This document shows positions 38,800 through 51,657 of a stretch of 64,000 bases of DNA, piece by piece. Each line of letters opens with the position of its first letter. The stretch's first letter is position 1. Origin of the DNA: an uncultured bacterium (GTDB lineage: Bacteria; Oederibacteriota; PGYV01; CAWJRG01); the NCBI GenBank assembly GCA_963845185.1, contig CAWJRG010000005.1, positions 32,001-96,000 on the forward strand, read 5' to 3'. Below the pieces are notes generated by a model. It worked only from the letters and a program-made list of their open reading frames with translations. It was not told the DNA's origin and searched no databases. The position numbers and the translations under genes are program-made.

Positions 38800-38823
38800 C
38801 GGGATTATTGGGTTTAAAAATTG

Positions 38824-41412
38824 TTACTTTAAGATTAAAAACGGCATAACATTTGACTTAACTTCTTTTCCGCCCTGCCTTGCAATCAGTATAAAATAAT
38901 ACAGGCCTGGAGCATATGATTTTAAATAATTTGGCAATATAACGCCGGTTTGTTCATCTGCCTGGAGCGAGCTGCCTATTTGTATTTTACACACCAGCCT
39001 CAGGCCTGATGAATATATCTTTGCGTATACTTCATCCGCGTCCTGCGTAAGTGTATACTTTATATTCAAGCCTGCACCCTTTGTGCGGTTATACGGGTCC
39101 GGGAATGCAACAACGGAATTAATTCCGAATTTATTGGACGCAAACGTTGAAGATTGTGTCTTGACATTTACTGATGCGGACGCTGGGCCCGTATTCCCGC
39201 AAATATCAACAGCAACCACCGTATAATTATAAGCCGTGGCCGTAGTAAGCCCTGTGTCACTGTAAGAAATTGCGGCTGTAGAGCCGATGAATATGCCGTT
39301 CCTGAATACCTTATAATACGAAACGGCATTATTGTCCGTTGCCGCATTCCATGAAAGGTCTATTTGCGTCGTAGAAACAGCGCATCCTGCAAGGTTTGCC
39401 GGCGCTGTAGGCGGTGTAGTGTCTGTTATATTGGCGGAAACATAAACTTTTGTTACCTTAACCCCGCCTCCCATGGCTTTCAATCGTATTGAGTGGAGCC
39501 CTTTTGTTAAAGTTACATAATGCGCCGGCGTTTGCTGGCTGGAAGAGCCAAGTGTATCCGTAGCCAGAACAGGGACTCCGCCGTCAATGATAAATGCCAG
39601 GCTTCCTGCCGTGCCTGTATAATTGGCCGTGGCAGACACTGCATACGCGCAGGTCATTGGTATATCAAAAAGATAGGAACGCCATTCCCCGCTGCTGATT
39701 GTTATTGGGCCAGTGTTTGGCGCATACCATGCCTGAAATCCCCAATGAAACATTCCGCCGTCCACAATCGCAGGCACAAAATTGCCGAAGTCAAGGGCTT
39801 CGGGCGTATTGGCGCTTAAGTCTGCTATGGCATTAAGTTTTGGCGTGTTAAGGTTCAGCACATCCGTTGTAAATCCCCATTGATAATCGCCGGTCAGGCA
39901 GAGATAATTTAAAACGCTTCCGTTATAAGTGCTCCATGCGTTATGATGGGCTACTACGTTTGTTTCCATGCGGCTGTCGTTTACAGCCGCGGCCTGCACC
40001 GCGTCAAGTGTGCTGTTGCCGGTCTTGTCCAGGCTTGGCCCTCCTTCATAGGACGTCCTTGTCATGCCGAATGTCGAGCATATTTCAGCGTTCATTGTGA
40101 CATCGCCATATACCCAGTTACTGACATTCATGGTGTCGCTGTTCCATATTGTATTGATATCGAAACTCGCGCCCGAGCTGTGGTCCGGGTTATAGTATGC
40201 CGCGCCGCCCCCGCCGTAAAAATAATAACTCACTGCCCTTGTAGTGTCATATGCCCCTTCTATATAATTCAGTTCCTGCATGCCCGTATCCCCGTTTACC
40301 TCCTGCCAGCACAGCACAGGCCTTATGCGGGCCATCATCTGGCCGGCGCCGAATGCACCCCTAAAAATAGCGCTTATATCCGCAGCCCTCTTTGCCCCAT
40401 AACGCCATGCCCAGTAATAGTTATTGTTGCAATTGTCAAAATTCAGGTGATACGGGTCGCCCGTGGCAACCGTTGTTGTCGCGTTATCATATAAATATTG
40501 CGCGTCCACGCTGTACGGGTACGCCCAGTTCCAGAATTCATTGGTGTATTCAATGTAAAGGTTCAGGTTCGGATTAAGAGGAGGGTGCACAGGGCTGGGC
40601 TGGGTAGCCGTGTAAGGCGTGCCGTTTGCGTCGCTTCCGTACATAAAAAGGTTTGCCAGGTTCTGGATATAGTTATCATCCACCTGTGACGGCACGTTTA
40701 TCCATGCGTCCTTGCCTGTCTGGTTTGCTATTTGTATTAAGCATTCCCACGACGCGCCTAGGCTGCCGCCGTCAAGGCTGTTAAAAGAAGAGTAATCCGG
40801 CGGTGTCCGGTCGCTCCATGTCTTTTGCGGATTCGCGTCGGTTTCCATGAATCCCATATATCTTATTGTAGAAAACAGCGCAATCGCGGCTTTGAACTGG
40901 TCGGTTACAAAAGAACCGGCCGCATAGCTTACCGTACTGCTCGGATAGGTCGGCCGCATGAGCGAGATGTTTTTCACGCCCTTGCCGTTTGTATTTGTAA
41001 ATTGCATGGCAAAATTTTCAGAATCAGAATAAGTAAAAATCATATCCGCTGTCCACGTGCCTGCGTTATAGGTAACATTCTGGAGCGTGGCTGATGCCCA
41101 TGGGAACTGCACGGTTACGGTAGAATCGCCCGTAAAGGAAAGCTGGTAAGTCCCCTGCATATTATCGTTTGCCCATATGCATGCCATGGCGTCCTGCGTC
41201 GGCCAGCCGTTCGAATCAACTGAAGCAAGGGTGTTCCCCCAGTCCCCCACCTGATACCATTGCCTTGCTGTTTTCATTACATCTGTAAAAATACGGTCTT
41301 TTGTCCAGTCAGCGGGCCAGCTTATGTTAATCCCAATATCTGCCCTTGCCCATATTAAACCCGGCGATATTAACAACGCAAATAATATAAGCCGAAGTTT
41401 AATATTTTTCAT
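38824..41412 (-). CDS. Secreted putative GH-A-like polysaccharide-active protein with CBM-like, Fn3 and C-terminal CTD-like domains
   Basis: Signal peptide; IRYMGF, DAWINVP, YIEYTNEFWN and YEGG motifs; DTTPPTAP...LSWNAATDN Fn3; C-terminal AFPDPY...GLYY. Confidence 0.72.
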   Translation of the reverse strand: MKNIKLRLILFALLISPGLIWARADIGINISWPADWTKDRIFTDVMKTARQWYQVGDWGNTLASVDSNGWPTQDAMACIWANDNMQGTYQLSFTGDSTVTVQFPWASATLQNVTYNAGTWTADMIFTYSDSENFAMQFTNTNGKGVKNISLMRPTYPSSTVSYAAGSFVTDQFKAAIALFSTIRYMGFMETDANPQKTWSDRTPPDYSSFNSLDGGSLGASWECLIQIANQTGKDAWINVPSQVDDNYIQNLANLFMYGSDANGTPYTATQPSPVHPPLNPNLNLYIEYTNEFWNWAYPYSVDAQYLYDNATTTVATGDPYHLNFDNCNNNYYWAWRYGAKRAADISAIFRGAFGAGQMMARIRPVLCWQEVNGDTGMQELNYIEGAYDTTRAVSYYFYGGGGAAYYNPDHSSGASFDINTIWNSDTMNVSNWVYGDVTMNAEICSTFGMTRTSYEGGPSLDKTGNSTLDAVQAAAVNDSRMETNVVAHHNAWSTYNGSVLNYLCLTGDYQWGFTTDVLNLNTPKLNAIADLSANTPEALDFGNFVPAIVDGGMFHWGFQAWYAPNTGPITISSGEWRSYLFDIPMTCAYAVSATANYTGTAGSLAFIIDGGVPVLATDTLGSSSQQTPAHYVTLTKGLHSIRLKAMGGGVKVTKVYVSANITDTTPPTAPANLAGCAVSTTQIDLSWNAATDNNAVSYYKVFRNGIFIGSTAAISYSDTGLTTATAYNYTVVAVDICGNTGPASASVNVKTQSSTFASNKFGINSVVAFPDPYNRTKGAGLNIKYTLTQDADEVYAKIYSSGLRLVCKIQIGSSLQADEQTGVILPNYLKSYAPGLYYFILIARQGGKEVKSNVMPFLILK

Positions 41413-41427
41413 TGCGGACTACCCTCC

Positions 41428-43437
<2,010 letters not shown>

Positions 43438-43469
43438 TTATCTTCCGTCCCATTTTCAATATATTATTT

Positions 43470-43907
43470 TTATTTCTTCTTTTTCCCGAAACAGAGCCAA
43501 GATATAAACTCTATTATTACTGTCGCAATTATGCAACTAATGAATCCTACTACAAATACCATTATTATTGATGGTTTTACAAAATCTGAGGCATGTTTGC
43601 TTGTCATTAATTCATTTAAAATTTTTTCAGTAATAAACATATATAATAAATAAAGAATTGCAGAAACAACAACTGAAACGCCTATCCGAGCCAACTTTGA
43701 TATTTTTTTAGAACTATGTATCAAATATCTTTTAATGTAAGCTTGGTCGTCATATCGTTCATCAACAGCAAAAGTTACTAGTACAACTACAAACAAAAAA
43801 TTACCAAAAAATCCAGAATAATATAAATTCAATCCCAATATTTTATTTAACAAAAGTATAAATAATAAAGTTATTACACCTAATACTAAAAGTTTCCAAA
43901 TTTTCAT
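43470..43907 (-). CDS. Hypothetical 4-TM membrane protein, AT-rich
   Basis: 145-aa ORF with GAGGGG RBS and four hydrophobic segments. Confidence 0.65.
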   Translation of the reverse strand: MKIWKLLVLGVITLLFILLLNKILGLNLYYSGFFGNFLFVVVLVTFAVDERYDDQAYIKRYLIHSSKKISKLARIGVSVVVSAILYLLYMFITEKILNELMTSKHASDFVKPSIIMVFVVGFISCIIATVIIEFISWLCFGKKKK

Positions 43908-43943
43908 CGCTCATCCCCTCGTGGTAGCAAAAGTTATGGATTT

Positions 43944-44582
43944 TTACTTCCGTTTTTTTGACTTCTTTAAACGTCTTTCCAAAACTTCCATCCTGCTGCA
44001 AAGCCTCCTTATTTCCGCTTTTTCGATATCCGGCAAGTCACCGTGCAACAGCGTATCTTCAGGATGTTTTGTGCCCTTAATCCTCACAACTTTGCCAGGT
44101 ACGCCGACCACGGTTGAATTTGGCGGCACAGGATGCACGACAACTGAGCCTGCGCCTATTTTTACATTGTCCCCTATTGTAATCGGCCCCAGCACTTTGG
44201 CTCCTGCTCCCACTACAATGTCGTTTCCGAGTGTCGGATGCCTCTTGCCTTTGTCTTTGCCTGTCCCGCCGAGCGTGACTCCCTGGTATAAAAGCACGTT
44301 ATCGCCTATTTCGGTTGTCTCGCCTATGACCGTGCCCATGCCATGGTCTATAAAAAACCTGTTTCCGATTTTAGCTCCTGGATGTATTTCAATGCCGGTC
44401 AAAAACCTGGAAAAAGCAGATATCATCCTTGGTATCAGCGGTATGTGTATACGGTATAAAACATGCGCTATCCTGTGAAGTATTATCGCGTGAAGACCTG
44501 GATACATGAAAATAACTTCTATAATATTAGCCGCAGCCGGATCCCTGTCAAAAACTACCTTTATGTCGTCAATTAGGAACAT
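43944..44582 (-). CDS. cysE: Serine O-acetyltransferase
   Basis: [19 protein letters not shown] and GKRHPTLG motifs. Confidence 0.96.
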   Translation of the reverse strand: MFLIDDIKVVFDRDPAAANIIEVIFMYPGLHAIILHRIAHVLYRIHIPLIPRMISAFSRFLTGIEIHPGAKIGNRFFIDHGMGTVIGETTEIGDNVLLYQGVTLGGTGKDKGKRHPTLGNDIVVGAGAKVLGPITIGDNVKIGAGSVVVHPVPPNSTVVGVPGKVVRIKGTKHPEDTLLHGDLPDIEKAEIRRLCSRMEVLERRLKKSKKRK

Positions 44583-44642
44583 GGATACCTCCATATAATT
44601 AATTAAATTAGCGCTAACTTTGTCAGCGATTTTAAGAACACT

Positions 44643-44819
44643 CCTTCCCCCTCGACGGGGGAAGGCCGGGATGGGGGTGAGGTAGCGGCTAATTCCGTAT
44701 CACTCACGCTAACATCCAATCCCGAAACTTCTTTCCTATATTTCGCATTCCATATTTAAATTATATAGTTGTTGCTGCTACTTCACCCTCACCCTACCCT
44801 CTCCCGTCAAGGGAGAGGG
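44643..44819. repeat. CCCTC REP/RIME-like inverted doublet with extended inner arms
   Basis: Units 44643-44680 and 44782-44819; inner GTAGCGGC/GCTGCTAC arms; homologous to 50836-50964. Confidence 0.85.
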
Positions 44820-44840
44820 ATATGTGTCGGAATGTTTTAA

Positions 44841-46127
44841 TTATAAATATTCTTTCGCCAGATAAAAACTTCCTCCGACAACAACAACCCCATTGCCTTT
44901 TATTTTCATGGCTTTTCTCATGGCTGCCTTGTTGTCCGGTTCCATACTGTACCTTATTTTATATTTTACAATATAATCCCTTATTTTTCCAATACTTAAT
45001 GCCCTTGTGTTATTGTGTATTTGCGTAATAATAACTGCCAATTTTTTGTATTTTTTTATTACCCTAGCTATCGCATCCATGTCTTTGTCTTTTAAAACTG
45101 AAAAAACATAAACTATTTTCCTATTTTTAGAAATATCCTTTAATGAAGCAAGCATTTCATCAATAGCTTCGTAATTGTGCGCCACGCTTATGTAATAGCC
45201 TTTTTTGCTGTAAGACAGCCGCCCCGGCAGCACTGTCTTGTAAATAGCCCCTCTTACCTTTTGCACATCAAATTTAAACCCTGATTTTTCCAAAACTTTC
45301 AGGCAGCTTAGCACTGTTCTGATATTTTCCGCCTGGATTGATTCAGTCATTTTTGTTTTAAGACTTATAATTATATTATTTGGAATATCCTTGTAATCAA
45401 CGCTAAGGACATTGTTTACTCTTTCTCCCATGCTCATGCTGTAAAACGTGTCGTTAAAAAATATTCTTTCCCTGAATTTTTTCGCCAGGTGCACCCTTAA
45501 ATCTGCCTGCTTTATCCCTGAAACGCACCAACCACTTCCTATTATCTGTTCTTTTTCATTCAATATGCTCATTTCTGTTTTTCCGAGCCAGTCAGTATGC
45601 TCAAGCGCTATTGACGTAATTACGCTTAAAAGTTTTCTTTTGTAACCCACATTCGTGGCGTCAAGCCTGCCGCCAAGCCCGGTTTCTATAATTGCAATGT
45701 CTATTTTTTGCTTTTTAAAAATCACAAAGGCCAGAGCAGTCAGAAACTCAAAATAAGTAAGTTTTATCTTTTTCTTTTCTATCAGATTCTTTAGTTTTAT
45801 TGCCTCGTTATAAAATAACTCTCCTACCACTGGTTTACCGTCTACGCTGATTCTTTCCGTGATGTCTTTTAAGTGCGGAGAAGCATAAAGCCCTGTTTTA
45901 TAGCCGTGCTCCCTGAAAATGTTAGCGAGGTAAGCGCAAACCAAGCCTTTGCCGTTGCTGCCGGCCACGTGGATTACCTGATATGAATTTTGCGGGTTGT
46001 TTAATAATTTAATGCAGGCCTTGATTCTTTTTAGGGAAAAATCAAACTTGAATTCGTTGAGTTTTATAAGGTATTCGTTAACAAATTTTTTTTTATTGAT
46101 TCGTCCCCTGTTAATTTCAGAAACCAT
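44841..46127 (-). CDS. folC: Folylpolyglutamate/dihydrofolate synthase
   Basis: HVAGSNGKG, SPHL, TYFEFLT and ETGLGGRLDATN motifs; follows accD. Confidence 0.9.
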   Translation of the reverse strand: MVSEINRGRINKKKFVNEYLIKLNEFKFDFSLKRIKACIKLLNNPQNSYQVIHVAGSNGKGLVCAYLANIFREHGYKTGLYASPHLKDITERISVDGKPVVGELFYNEAIKLKNLIEKKKIKLTYFEFLTALAFVIFKKQKIDIAIIETGLGGRLDATNVGYKRKLLSVITSIALEHTDWLGKTEMSILNEKEQIIGSGWCVSGIKQADLRVHLAKKFRERIFFNDTFYSMSMGERVNNVLSVDYKDIPNNIIISLKTKMTESIQAENIRTVLSCLKVLEKSGFKFDVQKVRGAIYKTVLPGRLSYSKKGYYISVAHNYEAIDEMLASLKDISKNRKIVYVFSVLKDKDMDAIARVIKKYKKLAVIITQIHNNTRALSIGKIRDYIVKYKIRYSMEPDNKAAMRKAMKIKGNGVVVVGGSFYLAKEYL

Positions 46128-46129
46128 TC

Positions 46130-46232
46130 TTCACCCTCTCTCTAACTCTCCCCCGTCAAGGGGGAGAGGTTTATTATCTGTCCTAATATAATTTCCCTCT
46201 CCCCGCCGTGGGAGAGGGATAGGGTGAGGGGG
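46130..46232. repeat. CCCTC REP/RIME-like inverted doublet
   Basis: Two inverted hairpin units between accD and folC. Confidence 0.85.
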
Positions 46233-46259
46233 TATATGCATTAATGTTTTCAACTGCCA

Positions 46260-47108
46260 TTATTTTGAGTTTGAGGTTAGGTGTCTCAAAAGGCTTGCTA
46301 TTGTCTTTTTCATCTCTGTCCTGTTTACTATCATGTCCAGCATTCCGTGCTCAAGCAAAAACTCGGATCGCTGGAATTCAGGCGGCAGTTTCTGCCTGAT
46401 GGTCTGCTCGATAACCCTGGGCCCCGCGAACATGATGAGCGCGCCGGGCTCCGCGATATTGATGTCCCCGAGCATGGCAAAGCTTGCCGTGACTCCTCCG
46501 CCTGTCGGGTCGGTGAGGACAGCTATATATGGCAGCTTACTGTCGTACATTTTAGCTAAAGCCGCTGAAATTTTCGCCATCTGCATCAACGATACTATAC
46601 CCTCGTGCATCCTCGCGCCGCCGCCTGAAGACGACATCAGGATAAGCGGCAAGCGCTGTTCAAGCGCCAGCTCGATAAGCCTTGTTATCCTCTCGCCCAT
46701 GACCGAGCCCAGGCTGCCTCCCAGGAAATTAAAATCTGTAATGCCTATTGCCACTTTCAGCCCGTCAAGCTTGCCCGTGCCTGTAATAACAGCTTCTGTT
46801 AAATCTGTTTTCGCCGCTGATTTTTCAAGCTTGTCCTTATACTGCGGAAAATCAAGGAAATCCACGGTCGCGACATCCTCGAACATCAGCTCAAATGTTT
46901 CCGGGTCTATGATTGACTTGAGCCTCGTCACTGCGTCTATCCTGTGATGAAACCCGCATTTCGGGCAGACGCTTAAATTTTCCTCAAGCTCTTTTTTCAG
47001 GAGTATGGCGCCGCATCCCCCGCATTTCACCCACATTCCTTCCGGTATCTTGTCCTTTTTATCCTCTTTTTTTATTATTGTATATTTTGTCCTCTGGAAC
47101 CATGCCAT
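46260..47108 (-). CDS. accD: Acetyl-CoA carboxylase carboxyltransferase beta subunit
   Basis: C4 zinc finger, GGSLGSVMGE, GGARMHEG and GGVTASFA motifs. Confidence 0.97.
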   Translation of the reverse strand: MAWFQRTKYTIIKKEDKKDKIPEGMWVKCGGCGAILLKKELEENLSVCPKCGFHHRIDAVTRLKSIIDPETFELMFEDVATVDFLDFPQYKDKLEKSAAKTDLTEAVITGTGKLDGLKVAIGITDFNFLGGSLGSVMGERITRLIELALEQRLPLILMSSSGGGARMHEGIVSLMQMAKISAALAKMYDSKLPYIAVLTDPTGGGVTASFAMLGDINIAEPGALIMFAGPRVIEQTIRQKLPPEFQRSEFLLEHGMLDMIVNRTEMKKTIASLLRHLTSNSK

Positions 47109-48815
47109 TTATTTCACCTTTTTCTTTTTAAAATATTTTTCAATAGCGCTGATAGCTGTTTCCGTTATATCCGGGTCAAACTGCGTTCCCGCGCACCTTC
47201 TTATTTCCTCTATGCAGGTTTCGAAAGGCAGGCCCTTCCTGTACGGCCTGTCCGAACTCATCGCGTCAAAGGTATCGGCTATGCTGATAATCCTCGCTAT
47301 GTATGGTATATTTTTCCCGGCAAGCCCGTCAGGGTATCCGTTTCCGTCATACCTCTCATGGTGGTGCTTCATTGCCGGTATTATTTCTTTCAGTTCAGGT
47401 ATGGACTCAAGTATTTTCACGCCGTTTGTAGGGTGTTTTTTTACTTCCGCAAATTCCTCGTTGGTCAGCTTGGCAGGCTTTCTTAAAATGCTCTCGTCCA
47501 CTCCTATTTTTCCTATGTCATGCAATATTGCCGCAAGCCTTACGTTTTCCATTTCCTTATCCGAAAAACCCATTTCCTTTGCTATCAGCAGGCTGAACTC
47601 GGTCACCCTTTCGGAGTGGCCCCTTGTGTAAATATCCTTTGTTTCTATTGCCGCCGCAAGCGTTTTGACCGTGTTTAAAAAGAACTGCCTTAAATTTTCA
47701 TACAGTTTCGCGTTCTCTATGGCCACGGCAGCCTGGTTCGCGAGAGCCTGCAGCAGGCCCATGTCTTCCTCGTTAAAAAGCTCGCTGTTTTTCTTGTTTA
47801 AAACCTCCACCACGCCCGTTACTTTTTCTTTTGTCTTCAGGGGCACGGCTATTATTGATCTTGTGACAAACTCGGTTTTCTGGTCAGCCTGTTTGTAAAA
47901 ACGCGGGTCTTTCTGCGCGTCTGCTATTAAAACCGGTTTTTCTTCCCTTACAACCCACCCCACCACGCCCACGCCCACAGGTACCCTTATTTCCTTTATC
48001 TTTTCTTTTTTCTCCCCTGTCGCTGCCGCTATCACAAGCTCGTTTTTTTCCTCATCCACGAGAAATATAGACCCGGCTTCGGCGTTCAGGGTGTCGGTCG
48101 ATATCTGTAGTATCGAATCCAGGAGTTTTTTCAGTTCCAGCGTGGAATTTACGAACTTTGTCACTTCTATCAGGTGTTCAAGCCTGTTCACCCTCTTTTT
48201 CACATCAAGAAAAAGCTGGGCATTTTTTATAATAAGGGATATATACGGCGTGAATGTTTCAAGGATTTCAAGGTCATTCTGCGTGAAGCTTTTGTTTCCC
48301 GCCTTGTTGATTAGTTCCACAACTCCGAGTATATCGTCTTCGACTTTTAGCGGGGCGCACATTATATTCCTGGTCTTGTATTCTATTTCCAAGCTTATTT
48401 TTTTCTGGAACCTAGGCTCTTTTTGCACGTCAGGCGTTATCAGCGGCTTGCCGGAATAAGCCACCCATCCTGCTATGCCTTCACCCAGCGCCAGCCTGTA
48501 ATTTGTAAGCTTGTACGCCTTTTCGCCTTTTGCCACGGCAAAGTAAAGCGTATCTGATATTTTGTCCACCAAAAGCAAAGAACCCGCCTTTGATTCAGTG
48601 ACTTCCATGACTATTTCAAGGAACCTGTCCAGTATCTTGTTTATATCAAAATCTTTTTTGGTTATCTGGCTGACTTCCCTTAGAATATTGATTTCTTTTT
48701 CAAGTGTTTTTATTTTTTCCGCGTATTTATTTTCATGCGTGTCTGTTTTCACGGTTCTTGTGGCGGCTTTGACCGGCTTTTTGACTTTTTTTCCCTTTTT
48801 ACTTTTTCCCGGCAT
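47109..48815 (-). CDS. GAF-GAF-HD-GYP cyclic dinucleotide phosphodiesterase
   Basis: Two GAF domains; HSERV, LHDIGK and HHERYDGNGYP motifs. Confidence 0.93.
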   Translation of the reverse strand: MPGKSKKGKKVKKPVKAATRTVKTDTHENKYAEKIKTLEKEINILREVSQITKKDFDINKILDRFLEIVMEVTESKAGSLLLVDKISDTLYFAVAKGEKAYKLTNYRLALGEGIAGWVAYSGKPLITPDVQKEPRFQKKISLEIEYKTRNIMCAPLKVEDDILGVVELINKAGNKSFTQNDLEILETFTPYISLIIKNAQLFLDVKKRVNRLEHLIEVTKFVNSTLELKKLLDSILQISTDTLNAEAGSIFLVDEEKNELVIAAATGEKKEKIKEIRVPVGVGVVGWVVREEKPVLIADAQKDPRFYKQADQKTEFVTRSIIAVPLKTKEKVTGVVEVLNKKNSELFNEEDMGLLQALANQAAVAIENAKLYENLRQFFLNTVKTLAAAIETKDIYTRGHSERVTEFSLLIAKEMGFSDKEMENVRLAAILHDIGKIGVDESILRKPAKLTNEEFAEVKKHPTNGVKILESIPELKEIIPAMKHHHERYDGNGYPDGLAGKNIPYIARIISIADTFDAMSSDRPYRKGLPFETCIEEIRRCAGTQFDPDITETAISAIEKYFKKKKVK

Positions 48816-49596
48816 TATTTACCTCTTTAAGGAATTTATCAATAAAAACTCCGGCGCTTTCAAGCAATCTTTTCCTGCTTTTTCCGTATTTCTCTATCAG
48901 TTCCACAAACGCGCTTCCTATTATTATACCGTCGGTATGCTGCAATATTCCCTTTGCCTGCCCGGGCTTTGATATGCCAAAACCGGCGAAAACCATTGCT
49001 TTTGCCTGTTTTTTGATGTCTTTTATTGCCTTAAAATCAAGGCTTAACTTTTTCCTTGCCCCAGTTGTCCCCTTCAGGAGTATATAATACAGGAATCCCG
49101 ATGTTTTTTCTACTATTTTTTTAAGCCTTGCCCCGGTGTTAGTGGGCGCGGCAAGGTAAATGATGTAAAAATTCTTTTTCAAGGCATATTTACGCAGAGC
49201 CTGCTCCTCGTCAAATGGCAAATCAGGTATTATCGCGCCGTCAAGCCCTGCTTTTTTTGATTCGTCTACAAATTTTTTTGTGCCGTAATTATAAATAAGA
49301 TTGTAGTAGGTCATGGCGACCATGGGCGTTTCTGTTTTTTTCCTCACTTTTTTTACCAGGTTTAAAACATCGTCAATCGTCACTTTATTTTTCAGCGCGC
49401 GTTCGCCTGCCCTTTGTATTGTAGGGCCGTCAGCTATGGGGTCGGAGAAAGGTATTCCGAGTTCTATCAAAGAAACCCCTTTTTTTGCCATGAGATAAAC
49501 CAAGCTTTCAGTCGTGCCTAAATCCGGGTCTCCAGCCATAAGGTATATTACAAGTTTTTTCCTTTTAGTCTTTTTAAGCAAATCAATCCTGTTCAT
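48799..49596 (-). CDS. trpA: Tryptophan synthase alpha chain
   Basis: [17 protein letters not shown] and GFGI motifs. Confidence 0.97.
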   Translation of the reverse strand: MNRIDLLKKTKRKKLVIYLMAGDPDLGTTESLVYLMAKKGVSLIELGIPFSDPIADGPTIQRAGERALKNKVTIDDVLNLVKKVRKKTETPMVAMTYYNLIYNYGTKKFVDESKKAGLDGAIIPDLPFDEEQALRKYALKKNFYIIYLAAPTNTGARLKKIVEKTSGFLYYILLKGTTGARKKLSLDFKAIKDIKKQAKAMVFAGFGISKPGQAKGILQHTDGIIIGSAFVELIEKYGKSRKRLLESAGVFIDKFLKEVNNAGKK

Positions 49597-50780
49597 TTAA
49601 TCCCCTTTTTATTAATAATATTCCTTACCGTATCGACATCCTTGTCACCCCTGCCCGAAACATTGACTATTACAATGTCTTTCTTTTTCAATTCCATTTT
49701 TTCAAGATATGCCACTGCGTGAGCTGACTCGAGCGCAGGCATTATGCCCTCAAGCTTTGTCAGCGACATGAACGCGTCCAAAGCCTGCTTGTCTGTGACA
49801 TAGTCGTATTTTACCCGTTTTGTATCTTTTAAAAAACTATGCTCAGGCCCTACGCCGGGATAATCAAGGCCTGCGGAAATAGAGTAAGTGTTCATTATCT
49901 GCCCATTTTTGTCCTGAAGAAGATAAGTCTTTGTTCCGTGAAGTACGCCCACTGTGCCTTTAAACAAGGTTGCCGCGTGCATGCCCGAACCTATGCCGAG
50001 CCCGCCTGCCTCGACGCCTATCATTCTAACTTTTTTATATTTAAGAAAAGGATAAAAAAGTCCCATCGCATTTGACCCGCCTCCAACGCATGCCAGCAAA
50101 TAATCAGGCATTTTGCCTTCTGCTTTTATAATCTGCGTCCTTGCTTCCCTGCCTATAACAGACTGGAAATCCCTGACCATCACCGGGTAAGGATGAAATC
50201 CTGAAACACTGCCTATAAGATAATAGGTTGTATCCACATTTTGCAGCCAGTCCCTTATGGCCTCGTTCATGGCATCCTTTAAAGTTTTTGTACCTGATTT
50301 TACTGGGTGGACTTTTGCGCCCAAAAGCTCCATCCTGAATACATTAAGTGCCTGACGGGCAACGTCTTCCTCTCCCATGTAAATCTCGCATTGCATGCCA
50401 AACATTGCCGCTACCGTGGCTGTGGCAACTCCGTGCTGGCCAGCGCCTGTCTCGGCTATTATCCTTTTCTTTTTCATCCTGAGGGCAAGTAAAATCTGGC
50501 CGAGGCAATTATTTATTTTGTGGGAACCTGTATGGTTTAAATCTTCCCTTTTTAAATATATTTTTGCATTGTATTTTTTAGAGAATTGCTCAGCATAATA
50601 TAAGGGAGACGGCCTGCCCGCGTAATTTTTAAGGTAATACTCAAATTCCTGCTTGAACTTTTTATCCTTTTTCGCCTTAAAATATTCCATTTCAAGCTCT
50701 TCTATAACGGCCATCAAAGTTTCAGGCGCGAACCTGCCGCCAAACTGTCCAAAATGCCCTGTTTTGTCAGGAATACTCAT
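49593..50780 (-). CDS. trpB: Tryptophan synthase beta chain
   Basis: [20 protein letters not shown] and GGGSNAMG; real start MSIPD at 50780. Confidence 0.97.
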   Translation of the reverse strand: MSIPDKTGHFGQFGGRFAPETLMAVIEELEMEYFKAKKDKKFKQEFEYYLKNYAGRPSPLYYAEQFSKKYNAKIYLKREDLNHTGSHKINNCLGQILLALRMKKKRIIAETGAGQHGVATATVAAMFGMQCEIYMGEEDVARQALNVFRMELLGAKVHPVKSGTKTLKDAMNEAIRDWLQNVDTTYYLIGSVSGFHPYPVMVRDFQSVIGREARTQIIKAEGKMPDYLLACVGGGSNAMGLFYPFLKYKKVRMIGVEAGGLGIGSGMHAATLFKGTVGVLHGTKTYLLQDKNGQIMNTYSISAGLDYPGVGPEHSFLKDTKRVKYDYVTDKQALDAFMSLTKLEGIMPALESAHAVAYLEKMELKKKDIVIVNVSGRGDKDVDTVRNIINKKGIK

Positions 50781-50835
50781 AATGTTATCTCCAATTTCGA
50801 AAAAGTAAATTACCGCTGACTTTGGCAACGGAACC

Positions 50836-50964
50836 CCTTCCCCCTCGATGGGGGAAGGCCGGGATGGGGGTGATGTAGCAGCTGAGACTGTTTCACTCAT
50901 GCTGTTAATACTATTTCGCTGCTGCTTCACCCTCACCTTTATCCTCTCCCATCGAGGGAGAGGA
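50836..50964. repeat. CCCTC REP/RIME-like inverted doublet with extended inner arms
   Basis: Homologous to 44643-44819, including the left flank AAATTAxCGCTxACTTTG. Confidence 0.85.
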
Positions 50965-51007
50965 TACCACCGACTATATACCGGTGGATTATGTTTTCAT
51001 TTAGTAC

Positions 51008-51649
51008 TCAACTTTTAACAGTCTTTCTAATATTTTTAAATAACTTCCTTATCTTTTCCCTGCTTTTTTTGCCCGGACTGGTTTCCACGCCCGAGCCCAC
51101 GTCCACACCGTGCAGACCTTTTGTTTTCAACAGCAAACACACATTGTCAGGCGTTATGCCTCCTGCCACAAAAAAAGGCTTCTTGATTTTTAGATTTTTG
51201 ACAAGGTTCCAGTTGAATGTTCTCCCGGTGCCGCCGTAAGTGTGCCTTAGATATGTGTCAAACATGAACAAATCCACATAGTCTTCATAAATCCTTATTT
51301 TTTTAAGAAGGTTGCTTTTATCCTTAATCCTGACGACTTTTATTACGCCCGCGTTTTTTATTTTTTTTATGTAATTAACGCTCTCATTGCCCGAGAGCTG
51401 CACCATATCAAGCTTTGCCTTTTTTATCACGCTGTTTACTTTCCTTACATCCTCGTTGACAAATACCCCTGCCTTTAATACTTTTTTCGGGATTTTTCTT
51501 ATTATTTTGGCTGCTGCCTCAGGCGTCATTCTCCTTTTACTGTCCGCAAAAATAAATCCGACTATGTCGGCGCCCGACCTGGTCGATAGCAGGGCATCCT
51601 CCAGATTTGTTATCCCGCATATTTTGACTTTAACCATGTTTTGGTGCAT
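51008..51649 (-). CDS. trpF: Phosphoribosylanthranilate isomerase
   Basis: VKICGIT, GGTGRTFNW, AGGI and DVGSGVE motifs. Confidence 0.95.
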   Translation of the reverse strand: MHQNMVKVKICGITNLEDALLSTRSGADIVGFIFADSKRRMTPEAAAKIIRKIPKKVLKAGVFVNEDVRKVNSVIKKAKLDMVQLSGNESVNYIKKIKNAGVIKVVRIKDKSNLLKKIRIYEDYVDLFMFDTYLRHTYGGTGRTFNWNLVKNLKIKKPFFVAGGITPDNVCLLLKTKGLHGVDVGSGVETSPGKKSREKIRKLFKNIRKTVKS

Positions 51650-51657
51650 CCATGGGG

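Noticed and set aside
50781..50936. N-terminal extension of TrpB in the ORF track
   Set aside because: Read-through of the REP doublet; the RBS and homology start at MSIPD (50780)
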